DNA of 36,975 bases, taken from assembly GCA_049999805.1 (NCBI GenBank), contig JBNGIO010005721.1:43654-80628 (forward strand), read 5' to 3'. Made by a program: the position numbers and the translations under genes. Of this stretch, positions 19,577-29,704 are shown piece after piece. The notes beneath the pieces were generated by a model, which was given only the letters and a program-made list of their open reading frames with translations, was not told where the DNA came from and ran no database searches. The stretch comes from Folioceros fuciformis (lineage: Eukaryota). Numbering within the stretch: the first letter of the stretch is position 1; each line of letters opens with the position of its first letter.

Positions 19577-21790
19577 ATGCGAGAATGTACGCAGCTATCT
19601 GATAAAAGCCTCATGGGCTGGTCCCAGGTCCTGAGCTTTGGTTGTGTGTCTTCCAGTTGGCACAGGACCAAGGTTAATGCGTTGCAGAAGTCTGTGGAGG
19701 ATGTGAACTACAGCGAAGGTCTACTTCGGGAACAAGACAGGTGTAGACTTGATATTACTGTGCAATTGAAGCGGTCTCAATGGGAAGAGTACCACTGGAC
19801 GTCGCTAATAGCGCAGCAGATAAGTTGTGGGCAAGGTAGGCAGGCTCTGAAGGAGTATGAGGAAATGCGGGGTAGTGGAGTGGAGCCAGGGCCACGCACC
19901 TTCGTTTCCCTGTTGAAGGCTTGCAGTTCCTTGCAAGACCTGGAAAGTGCGAGGAAAATTCACGCAGAGGTGGTAAGAAGTGGTTTCGAGAAAGATTTGT
20001 ATGTAGGAACCATGCTTGTGGATGCCTATGCCAAATGTGGGAGCATAGAAAATGCTAAACGTGTGTTTGAAGAAATGTCTCATCGGGATGTAGTGTCCTG
20101 GACCGCAATGATCCTGGGGTATGCGCAGGTGAACAAGGGGGAAGAGGCTTTGCAGCTGTATACACAGATGCACCAGGAAGGCGTGGTCCCCAACAACAGA
20201 ACGTACGTCGGTGCACTGAAGGCTTGTAGTGCCATCGCAGAATCAGGAAAATGCACTGAACTTGCAAGAAGACAATGCCTCGAGACTGTGAGGGTCATTC
20301 ATGCAGACCTTGCAAAGATGAAGTTTGAATCAAATGTGTATGTGGGCACAATGCTAGTGGATGCGTATGCGAAATGTGGCAGCCTAGAAAGTGCTCGACA
20401 GGTTTTTGACAAAATGCCTTTTCACAACGTGGTTTCATGGACTGCCCTGATACTAGCGTATGCCCAGATGGATGTGGGTGAAGAAGCTTTAGAGCTGTTT
20501 GTGCGAATGCGACAGGAAAGTATTGTTCCGAACCACCGGACATACGTTTGTGTTCTGAAGGCTTGCAGTGCCATTGCAGAATCGGGGGACAAAAGAATCA
20601 GTGGTGCAGGAATTTTGAAAAAGAAGTGCCTGCAAGCTGTCGAAAGTATCCATGCTGATGTGAGGAAGGACAATTTTGAGAGGGATGTATTTGTAGCGAC
20701 GATGCTAGTGGATGTGTATGCGAAATGTGGGAGCCTGGAGAATGCAAGGCGGGTGTTTGAGAGCCTGCCTCATCGTGATGTGGCTTGCTGGAATTCGATG
20801 ATAGCCGGATATTCCCAGATGGAAAAGGGTGGAGAGGCTTTGCAACTGTTCCGAAGGATGCAGAAAGATGGCCTTGTACCAGATGATCGAACATATGTAG
20901 CTGTACTCAACGCTTGTGGATCTCTGGCAGGACTAGAGATGGGGAAGGTGGTCCATGCGCAGATTTTGGGAGCGGGCCTGGAGGCTGGCCTTTTCATGGC
21001 AAGTAGTTTAATTGACATGTATGCTAAATGTTCGAGCATGGCGGACGCACGACAGGTGTTTGATGCAATGCGCGCAAGAGATATCGTGGCATGGAATGCT
21101 TTGATTGCAGGATATGCTCGACAGGGAGAGAGTGGAGCCGTCTTTGACTTGTTTGAGAGGATGAAGGAAGAAAGTGTAAAGCCAAACGATATCACATTTC
21201 TGGGTATTCTTATTGTATGCAGTCATGTGGGTCTTTTGGACAGTGGACAGAAGTACTTCGAGGCTATGAGCAGTGAGTACGGCATCACTCCTACTATCCA
21301 ACACTACAGCTGCATGGTTGATCTACTTGGCCGATCTGGCCAAGTTCACAAAGCCATGGTGATGGTGAGGATGATGCCATTCGAACCTGACAGTGCTGTT
21401 TGGAAATGTGTTTTGGGAGCTTGTCAGAAATGGGGTAACATTATGCTTGCAAGACAGGCGTTTGATTGTGCAGTGGGTTTGGATCCAGGCGATGCCGCTG
21501 TATATGTTCTTATGGCAAATATATATTCGGCTGCAAACATGCCAGAAGAGGCAACGAAGATTCAGGCAATGAGAGTGGAGGCAGGAGCATGGAAGGAACC
21601 AGGACGAAGCTTTTGGATTGATATGAACGGGGAATCTCACGTATTTGTGGTAGGTGATATGGACCATCCTGACAGTCTACTCATATATGCCATGTTGCAA
21701 GAACTTCGGATCAAGACGTGCAGAGAAGAAGGATACGCACCCCTTCCTGATTGCATGGCAGATGAAGGGGCTATTGCTGACAAGAGTTGA
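19577..21790 (+). CDS. PLS-class PPR (2 LL-like motifs), E1-E2, truncated WW-type E+ end
   Basis: 737-aa ORF ending WKEPGRSFWID...HVFVVGD.DHP...GYAP, with no deaminase signature. The N-terminus is uncertain. Confidence 0.92.
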   Translation: MRECTQLSDKSLMGWSQVLSFGCVSSSWHRTKVNALQKSVEDVNYSEGLLREQDRCRLDITVQLKRSQWEEYHWTSLIAQQISCGQGRQALKEYEEMRGSGVEPGPRTFVSLLKACSSLQDLESARKIHAEVVRSGFEKDLYVGTMLVDAYAKCGSIENAKRVFEEMSHRDVVSWTAMILGYAQVNKGEEALQLYTQMHQEGVVPNNRTYVGALKACSAIAESGKCTELARRQCLETVRVIHADLAKMKFESNVYVGTMLVDAYAKCGSLESARQVFDKMPFHNVVSWTALILAYAQMDVGEEALELFVRMRQESIVPNHRTYVCVLKACSAIAESGDKRISGAGILKKKCLQAVESIHADVRKDNFERDVFVATMLVDVYAKCGSLENARRVFESLPHRDVACWNSMIAGYSQMEKGGEALQLFRRMQKDGLVPDDRTYVAVLNACGSLAGLEMGKVVHAQILGAGLEAGLFMASSLIDMYAKCSSMADARQVFDAMRARDIVAWNALIAGYARQGESGAVFDLFERMKEESVKPNDITFLGILIVCSHVGLLDSGQKYFEAMSSEYGITPTIQHYSCMVDLLGRSGQVHKAMVMVRMMPFEPDSAVWKCVLGACQKWGNIMLARQAFDCAVGLDPGDAAVYVLMANIYSAANMPEEATKIQAMRVEAGAWKEPGRSFWIDMNGESHVFVVGDMDHPDSLLIYAMLQELRIKTCREEGYAPLPDCMADEGAIADKS

Positions 21791-22821
21791 TCACTGAGCT
21801 TAATGATGAATCTGTCGGACACCAGGTTAGTGCAGAAATGCAAACCAGGCATCTATGACACACCTCTATCCAGAGAGCTACGTCTGGAAGACGCTGAGGA
21901 CAATGATGCCATCGAGGCCAGTAACTGCGGCTCCTCCATGCTCTTTGATTGCTGCTATCGAAACCGGTAAGTGAGGCCCCGCCGTGCCCTTTGATTGCTG
22001 CTCGTTACAATGCTAGCTGCCAGGTGACAAGCAGGCATAGGCGTGCGATGGAAGTGGTCAGGCCAGTGAGGTGATGACGAGAGTGTAGCCGCTGTGTTGC
22101 TTTAGATGTCGCGTTGGAAACAACATGCCGGATGATGGCAGGAAGAAGTTCCATCTCTGAGCTTGGAATACTTCTGATTCTCCGGTCAGATGGGTGTACA
22201 AACAGAGCGGGCCTCTGTGGGTGAGTTACCAATGTCCACTTCAGAGCTGACAGTCCAGAGGGTTAGAGCATGCGGTTGTCATTCACGCTCTATGGGTTCA
22301 ATCCTTCTTTCTGCACCAGAAGCCTTGGCCATCTCTGTCTTCGATCGCTGAAAGTCTTATCTTCCCCGCATGTTCGATTCTTGCGTCTCTAGAAATTGCA
22401 AGGATCCCCAGAAAGCGAGAGGTTCAGCTGTTGTAGATGTCAAGATCTGTAGTACAAGGTGGCCCACAGGTCTGTTTCAAGCGAAGGTGGTCGACATCTT
22501 CATAAAGGTTTCCGCATCTTAGAGGCGGTGTGCTCACAGCAAAGCCGTCCTTGCTTCAACGTTACTAAATACGCATGCAGCCACTCCGCTACCGTTGAAG
22601 TACAACTCTTGCGGACGCTGCAATCTCTTGCAATAGTCATCTCCCTTCCCGCAATGCTGCCAAGAGGCTCATCGACATGCTCATCGCCCATCAGACATTC
22701 GGGCATCAATTTCAGGTGCGATGATGTTGCAGGTCCACCAGCCGCCGAGCCAGCGGAAGAGTGCAAGGCAAGCAAAAGTTTTCTGGTTTGGGAAGCAACT
22801 CATCTGGTGCAGGAATTGTGA

Positions 22822-25800
22822 TTGCAGGTTTTACCTCCAACACCAGCCAAGGGGAAGGGGAGTTCACATGGCGAACGAGATCAGAGGATGCGACGGCTTG
22901 GACGGACCAACTTGGATGGTGAATGCGGACCTGATGATGTTCTTGACCTGCAAAGGCCTCATTCCTGGGCAGCACAAATATGGCGATGTAGTAAGTATGG
23001 GCACGGTAGAAAGGCTCTCAAATTGTATGAGGAAATGCGCAAGAGTGAAGTGGAACCAGGACAACAGACTTTTGTTGCTTTGTTGAAGGCTTGCAGTAGC
23101 TTGCAGGACCTGGAAAGTGCAAGGCAGATTCATGCAGAAGTTGTCAGGTCAGGTTTCGAGACTGACTTACATGTGGGAACCATGCTTGTAGACGCATATG
23201 CAAACTGTGGGAGCGTGAAAAATGCTAAGCGGGTGTTCGAGGAAATGCCCCATCGTGATGTGGTGTGTTGGAATGCCATGATCTTGGGCTATGGGAAGAG
23301 GCAGAAGGGCGAGGAGGCTTTGCAGCTATACAGTCGAATGCGACTGGAAGGTGTCGTTCCAAATGACCGAACTATTGTCGGTGCCCTTAAAGCTTGCAGC
23401 TGTATTGCAGAATCGGAGCAGAGAAATGGCCATCTGGGATCACCTGGTGGCAAGCAATGTCTGGATAGTGTGCGAGCCATCCATGCAGATGCCAGGAAGG
23501 TTAAAGTGGAGTCCAGCGTGTTTGTGGAGAGCATGCTGGTGGATGCGTATGCTAAATGCGGGAGCTTGGATGACGCGAAGTGGGTGTTTGAGAGCATGTC
23601 GACTCACGATGTGGTCTCTTGGACTGCCATCATTTTGGGGCATGCTCGTAGGGAGAAAGGCGAAGAAGCTTTGAAGCTCTACCAACGGATGCGAGTGGAC
23701 GGTGTGCAACCTAACGATCGGACGTATGTTGCCGTACTTAAGGCTTGCAGTGCCTTGGCGGAAACAGGGGGAATCAGTGGTGCTGATATCATTCTTGTTA
23801 GAGAGCAATGCCTTAAAGTTGTGAGAGCAATTCACGCTGATGCTGGGGAGAAGAACTCCGTTCTGAACGTGTTTGTGGCGAACATGTTATTGGATGCATA
23901 TGGGAAATGTGGGAGCCTCGAAAATGCAAGACGTGTATTTGACACGATGCCTGTTCGGACAATGGCCTCGTGGAACTCCATGATCTTGGGGTACGCCCAG
24001 ATGGGCATGGGAGACGTGGCTTTGAAATTATATATGTTGATTCAAGTTGAAGGGGTGGTCCCGGATAACCGAACGTACGTCGGAGCTCTGAAGGCCTGCT
24101 GTGCCATTGCAGAATCTACAGGCGGGAGCTGTGGAGTTGGGATGCAAGAGTGCTTGAAAACAGTGAAAGCAATCCACGCAGATGTTAGGAAGCGGAAGTT
24201 TGAGCTGGATGTATTTGTAAGAACAATGCTAATTGATGCATATGCAAAGTGTGGAAGCCTGGAAAATGCTAGGAAGGTCTTTGACGAAATGCCTGTTCAC
24301 AATGTTGTTTCCTGGACGGTCATGATCTCCGGGTATGTGCACATGGAGCAGGGCGCAGAGGCTTTGATACTGTACGCACACATGCAAGAGAAAGGTCTGG
24401 TCCCTAATGAAAGAACATATTTATCAGCACTGAAGGCTTGCAGTAGTGTTGCAGAGACGGAAAGAAATGGCACCGAAGGAGTATCTGGCACAGGAACCTG
24501 CTTGGAAATTGTGACAACCATCCACTCAGATCTTAGGAGGGGGAAGTTTGAGTTGAATGCATTTGTAGGAGCAATGCTCGTTGATGCGTATGCGAAATGT
24601 GGGAGCGTAGAGAGTGCCAGGCACGTGTTTGAGAACTTGGCTAGTCGTGATTTGGTTGTGTGGAATTCCATGATCTTGGGATACACCCAGACTGCAAAGG
24701 GTGAAGAGGCTTTGGAATTATACAAACGAATGATACAGGAAGGGGTAGTACCAAATGATCGAACGTATGTTGGTGCACTCAAGGCCTGCATTACCATTGT
24801 AGAAGTGGGGGACGAAAATGGATCCGACCAAAGGAAACATTGTCTAGGAACTGTGAGGGCCATCCAGCGAGATGTTGGAAAGGGCCTACTGCAGTCTAAT
24901 GTGTTTGTGGGGAACATGCTAGTGGATGCACTTGCAAAATGTGGGAGCCTGGGCGATGCTCGGCAGGTGTTTGAAGAAATGTCTCATCGTGATGTAATTT
25001 CATGGTCTTGTATGATACTGGGATACTCTCAGATGGAGAAGGGCCACGAGGCTTTGCACCTATATGCACGGATGCAACAGGAAGGGGTGGTACCCAACGA
25101 ACGAACATATGTCGGCGTGCTAACTGCCTGTGGTAGTGTGGCAGGTCTGAACTTTGGGAAGGAAATCCACGCCCACATCATGGAAGCGGGTCTGCAGTCG
25201 TGCTCCTTCATATCCATTAGTCTGATTGATATGTATGGCAAATGTTCGAGCATGGTGGATGCACAGCGGGTGTTTGATGCAATGCCCACCAAGGAGATTG
25301 TGGCATGGAACGCATTGATTGCGGGATATGCCCATCAAGGGGACAGTGAAGTTGTCTTCAGCTTGCTTGAGACAATGCAGCAGTATGGTGTACAGCCCGA
25401 CGGGATTACATTCGTTGCTGTTCTCCTTGTATGTAGTCATTTGGGTCTTGTGGAAAGTGCCCAGGAGAACTTTGAAGCTATGTCTCGAGATTATGACGTC
25501 ACTCCAACAATGCAACACTATAGTTGCATGATCGATCTCCTTGCCCGTGCAGGCCACATCAACGAGGCGATGCAGATAGTCCAGACAATGCCTTTCCATC
25601 CTGACAGCGCTACATGGAAATGCATTTTGGGTGCATGTCGAAAGTGGGGAAATGTTGAGATAGGAAGGCTTGCATTTAATTTGGCTGTGATGCTGGACAG
25701 GCGTGACGCTGCAGCTTATGTTTTGATGGCGACAATTTATGCAGCTGCTCACATGCTAGAGAAGGCAAAGCAGATTGACAAAATGCGAAGTGATTCAAAT

Positions 25801-26016
25801 GCATGGAAGGAACCAGGTCGGAGTTGGTGGATGGATAATAAGGGAAGGTCACATGTTTTCATGGTGGGGGATCAAGGGCATTCTGAAAGCCGAGATATCT
25901 ATGCAATGGTTGAAAATCTTTGGGTAAAAATTAAGGATGAAGGTCGTCTACCTCACAGGCCAGATGTTGCAAAGGAGGAACCTGTGTCAGTCAGTGGAAG
26001 AACTGTGGGGGTTTAA
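22822..26016 (+). CDS. PLS-class PPR (5 LL-like motifs), E1-E2, truncated WW-type E+ end
   Basis: ORF of about 1060 aa ending WKEPGRSWWMD...HVFMVGD..H. The frame opens at TTGCAG|G, which looks like a splice acceptor, and the first ATG is at 22888, so the true start may lie in an upstream exon. Confidence 0.9.
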   Translation: MQVLPPTPAKGKGSSHGERDQRMRRLGRTNLDGECGPDDVLDLQRPHSWAAQIWRCSKYGHGRKALKLYEEMRKSEVEPGQQTFVALLKACSSLQDLESARQIHAEVVRSGFETDLHVGTMLVDAYANCGSVKNAKRVFEEMPHRDVVCWNAMILGYGKRQKGEEALQLYSRMRLEGVVPNDRTIVGALKACSCIAESEQRNGHLGSPGGKQCLDSVRAIHADARKVKVESSVFVESMLVDAYAKCGSLDDAKWVFESMSTHDVVSWTAIILGHARREKGEEALKLYQRMRVDGVQPNDRTYVAVLKACSALAETGGISGADIILVREQCLKVVRAIHADAGEKNSVLNVFVANMLLDAYGKCGSLENARRVFDTMPVRTMASWNSMILGYAQMGMGDVALKLYMLIQVEGVVPDNRTYVGALKACCAIAESTGGSCGVGMQECLKTVKAIHADVRKRKFELDVFVRTMLIDAYAKCGSLENARKVFDEMPVHNVVSWTVMISGYVHMEQGAEALILYAHMQEKGLVPNERTYLSALKACSSVAETERNGTEGVSGTGTCLEIVTTIHSDLRRGKFELNAFVGAMLVDAYAKCGSVESARHVFENLASRDLVVWNSMILGYTQTAKGEEALELYKRMIQEGVVPNDRTYVGALKACITIVEVGDENGSDQRKHCLGTVRAIQRDVGKGLLQSNVFVGNMLVDALAKCGSLGDARQVFEEMSHRDVISWSCMILGYSQMEKGHEALHLYARMQQEGVVPNERTYVGVLTACGSVAGLNFGKEIHAHIMEAGLQSCSFISISLIDMYGKCSSMVDAQRVFDAMPTKEIVAWNALIAGYAHQGDSEVVFSLLETMQQYGVQPDGITFVAVLLVCSHLGLVESAQENFEAMSRDYDVTPTMQHYSCMIDLLARAGHINEAMQIVQTMPFHPDSATWKCILGACRKWGNVEIGRLAFNLAVMLDRRDAAAYVLMATIYAAAHMLEKAKQIDKMRSDSNAWKEPGRSWWMDNKGRSHVFMVGDQGHSESRDIYAMVENLWVKIKDEGRLPHRPDVAKEEPVSVSGRTVGV

Positions 26017-27142
26017 CTTGGCTAGCTGCAAGGAGGCGAGCACGAATGTCCACGAGGTCCACGCCTACAATGATGCCCGGTGAACTTAGTGGAGCAATTG
26101 TGATTTTCAGTTCAGATCATGGCATGTAGCTTGGAGCCTCGCCCTTTTGGTGGAGGAGTTGCAAGTAGATCTTGAATGGTTTGGACCGCACACATTACTG
26201 TCAGGTGTCCTGGAAGGTGGGGCCAATAGCAGTAATTGTTGGTGGAAGGATTCTTGAATGCCCAGTCATTCTGCAGGCGCTATTTTTGGACTCACGACCC
26301 TCACCCTTTAGCAGGTCCGTTGGTTCTTGCTGCATTTTCACCCATTGCTACTGTGGCAAAGTCGGCGTCAGATTTGGGACAGCACCTGCAGTGGTGCATT
26401 GTAGCTCAAGTTGGGTTGGGACGTGTTTGAAAGTTTGCTTCCCTGGGCAGGAGCAAGAGCTAATACATCTAGGCTATCCCCCATTGTCAAAATTTCAGGC
26501 ATCAAGCCTTTGACCATCGAGGATAAGTAGCAAGTGACACTCGCTTTCCGACCCACGTTTGCAGCCCGGACAGGACAAATCTCTCTCCTACTAGGCTAAG
26601 GCTGCGAGTTGTAGGAGCCGACGTTCATTCATGATCCCTTGGGCAACAAGCCTCACATTTTTCTCTCGCCTGCTGCAATTTGCTGCTCTAAAGACTTGTT
26701 CACGCATACTGGGGTTCAGGAGCCTGTATACGCCCCCATCCTTCCGCTCTAGACGCCGTCAGATTTGGGTACCTAAACGTTATTTGAGTACTTCCACCCT
26801 TCTACGATGTTCTATATATATGTCCTTGTGAACGTAGAGCACGTAGCTCTTCCAGCCTGAGATCTTTCAGCAAGCCGCAGCGAATCTTTCAACCTGCGAA
26901 ATCAGGCACCAGGTACAGACAAGCATGATTGTGATCTACTGCCCCACAAGTGCAAAATCTCTCTGCTCCAACACCAGACTTCTCTATTGGATTGGGCCAT
27001 GGCCTTGGTTTACAACAGCGAACAGAAATCCAAGGTCCCTTGATCACCTGAGCAGGACTACATTCAGCAAGAGAAGACGTGGAGTCCTAGTGCGACTCAT
27101 TCGCCCGAGACCTCTCCCATGCAAATAAGTGTGATGGTGTAG

Positions 27143-29653
27143 ATGTGCGCTCGTGATGCACTTATGGTCGATGTTGGTGAAGCCTTGGTGAGCTCTGTGT
27201 TTGGATGGTCCTATGGCGAGTCCCATGTCAAGCTCGGAGATCGGAATCTGCGGGCTCACGGGAGAGGTAATCCGGGGATGCTACAGGTTCTGAGAGGGCC
27301 TTCCTTATCCACGAAAGCTGGAGGCACAGACGGCAGCAGCTTTGATGGTGCATGGGCACCTGGTCATGCTGCTGGCCTGAAGTGGCCTGAACGAGGGGAG
27401 TATGCCTGGGCACAGCTGATGTCCCAGTATGTCAAGTCCGGGCAGAACAGACAGGCACTCATACTGTACGAGGAGATGCGAGACGAGGGAGTGGAACCAA
27501 AGCCACACACCTTTGTCCCTCTGCTGAAGGCATGCTGTCATTTGCAGGATCTGGAGAGTGTTAAGCGAATTCAGGGAGAGGTGGTCAGACATGGGTGTGA
27601 GAGAGATCCATACGTGGGTACCATGCTTGTAACTGCTTACACCAAATGTGGGAGCCTGGAGGGAGCTAGGATGGTGTTGGAGGGAATGCCTCATCGTGAT
27701 GTGGCTTCCTGGACTGCCATAATCCTGGGCTACGCACAATTGGAGAACGGGGAAGAAGCTCTCCATCTGTATGAACAGATGAAAACGGACGGTGCGGTCC
27801 CGAATGCCCGAACGTTTGTTGCTGCACTGAAGGCTTGCAGTAGCATTGTAGAAATCGGGGAGAGGGATGGTGTGGATGGGCTGCTTGTGCGAAGAAGAAG
27901 CCTGGAGAGAGTGAGGATCATACACAGAGATGTCGGGACCAGGATGCTGGAGTCGAATGTGTTCGTGGCGAACATGCTAGTGGACGCCTACTCAAAGTGT
28001 GGCAGTGTGGACGATGCAAGGCTGGTGTTCGAGAGGATGTCTGTGCGTACTGTGGTTTCCTGGACTGCCATGATCTTCGGGTACGCCCGGAATGAGAAGG
28101 GTGAAGAGGCCTTGCAATTATTCGCACGGATGAGACAGGAAGGTGTGGTGCCGAATGAGCAGACGTATGTTGGAGCTCTGAAGGCTTGTAGTACCCTTGC
28201 AGAAGCAGAGGACAAGAAAGGTGGAGGCGAAAGAGTGCTGAAACGAACTATTCTGGAAGTTGTGACCAGGATCCATGCAGATGCGGAGAGGGGGAAGTCT
28301 GAGCTGGATATATTTGTGGGGACCATGCTGGTTGATGCATATGCAAAGTGTGGGAGCCTGGAAAATGCCAGGCGTGTGTTTGAGGATCTGCCTCGTCGTG
28401 ATGCAGCTTCCTGGACTGCCATGATCCTGGGGTACTCTCAGATGGGTGAGGGTGAAGAGGCTTTGCAACTGTATTCTAGGATGCGACAAGAAGGCATTAT
28501 CCCCGACCAGATAAGTTACATAGGTGCCCTTCAGGCTTGCAGAGACATTGCCGAGTCGTGTGAGCGGCTTCACAGTGGTGGTGACAGGACCCGTGCAAAG
28601 AGAGAGTGCCTGGAAGTGGTTAGAGGTATCCACACTGAGGCTATTAAGAGAAATGCTGGCTCGGATCTTTTCTTAGGGAACATGCTCGTGGATACATACT
28701 CAAAATGTGGAAGCTTGATGGATGCTCGACAAGTGTTCGAGAGCATGCATGATCGTGATGTGGTATCATGGAATTCCATGATCATGAGCTACTCGCAAAT
28801 GGAGGAGAGTGACGAGGCTTTGCAATTATACGGTCGGATGCAACAGGAGGGAGGGGTGGTGCCTAACGAGAGGACTTACGTTGCCGCCCTCAACGCTTGT
28901 GGTAGTTTAGCAGGATTGGAGGCTGGAAGGAAAATTCATGCCCAGATCGTGAAATCTGGTCTGGATACCGGCCCCTTCATCACAAGCAGTCTGATCGACA
29001 TGTATGCTAAATGTTCGAGCATGATGGATGCAAGGCAGGTGTTCGAGGCTGAATGCACCAGGGATGTTGTGGCATGGAATGCCTTGATTGGGGGATACGC
29101 CCACCAAGGGCAGAGTGATGTTGTATTTCACTTATTTGAGAGGATGAAGCAGGAGGGAGTGCAGCCAGACGAAATCACATTTCTTGGTATGTTGAATGCA
29201 TGCTGCCATGCGGGTCTGGTGCAAAGAGGCCAGACGTACTTCGACGCTATGAGCAGAGAGTTTGGCATCCCCCCAACAGTCGAGCATCATAACTGCATGG
29301 TAGATCTACTTGGCCGGGCAGGCCAGGTCGAGAAGGCACTGGAGACAGCCAACATGATGCCTCTCCAACCTGACCTTGCAGTGTGGAAATGTATTTTGAG
29401 TGCCTGCCAAATGTGGGGGAATGTTGTGGTTGCACGACAGGCTTTCGAAAGTGCCATGGAGTTGGATAGGAGTGACCCTGCAGTGTATATCTTGATGTCA
29501 AACATCTATGCTGCTGGACGCTTGCCACAGGATGCAAACGAGATCCAGGCAAAGCGTGTGGCCTCCGGCGCGTGGAAGGAGCCTGGACGCAGCTGTTGGA
29601 TGGACATGGCAGGGAAGGTACATGTGTTCGTGGCTCGAGACCCGTGGCATTGA
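27143..29653 (+). CDS. PLS-class PPR (3 LL-like motifs), E1-E2, ends right after the PG box
   Basis: 836-aa ORF ending WKEPGRSCWMDMAGKVHVFVARDPWH*. Confidence 0.92.
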   Translation: MCARDALMVDVGEALVSSVFGWSYGESHVKLGDRNLRAHGRGNPGMLQVLRGPSLSTKAGGTDGSSFDGAWAPGHAAGLKWPERGEYAWAQLMSQYVKSGQNRQALILYEEMRDEGVEPKPHTFVPLLKACCHLQDLESVKRIQGEVVRHGCERDPYVGTMLVTAYTKCGSLEGARMVLEGMPHRDVASWTAIILGYAQLENGEEALHLYEQMKTDGAVPNARTFVAALKACSSIVEIGERDGVDGLLVRRRSLERVRIIHRDVGTRMLESNVFVANMLVDAYSKCGSVDDARLVFERMSVRTVVSWTAMIFGYARNEKGEEALQLFARMRQEGVVPNEQTYVGALKACSTLAEAEDKKGGGERVLKRTILEVVTRIHADAERGKSELDIFVGTMLVDAYAKCGSLENARRVFEDLPRRDAASWTAMILGYSQMGEGEEALQLYSRMRQEGIIPDQISYIGALQACRDIAESCERLHSGGDRTRAKRECLEVVRGIHTEAIKRNAGSDLFLGNMLVDTYSKCGSLMDARQVFESMHDRDVVSWNSMIMSYSQMEESDEALQLYGRMQQEGGVVPNERTYVAALNACGSLAGLEAGRKIHAQIVKSGLDTGPFITSSLIDMYAKCSSMMDARQVFEAECTRDVVAWNALIGGYAHQGQSDVVFHLFERMKQEGVQPDEITFLGMLNACCHAGLVQRGQTYFDAMSREFGIPPTVEHHNCMVDLLGRAGQVEKALETANMMPLQPDLAVWKCILSACQMWGNVVVARQAFESAMELDRSDPAVYILMSNIYAAGRLPQDANEIQAKRVASGAWKEPGRSCWMDMAGKVHVFVARDPWH

Positions 29654-29704
29654 TTTCACACAAGAAAGCCCCACCACCACCCTTCCATCTTCCAAAAGCC
29701 CTTT

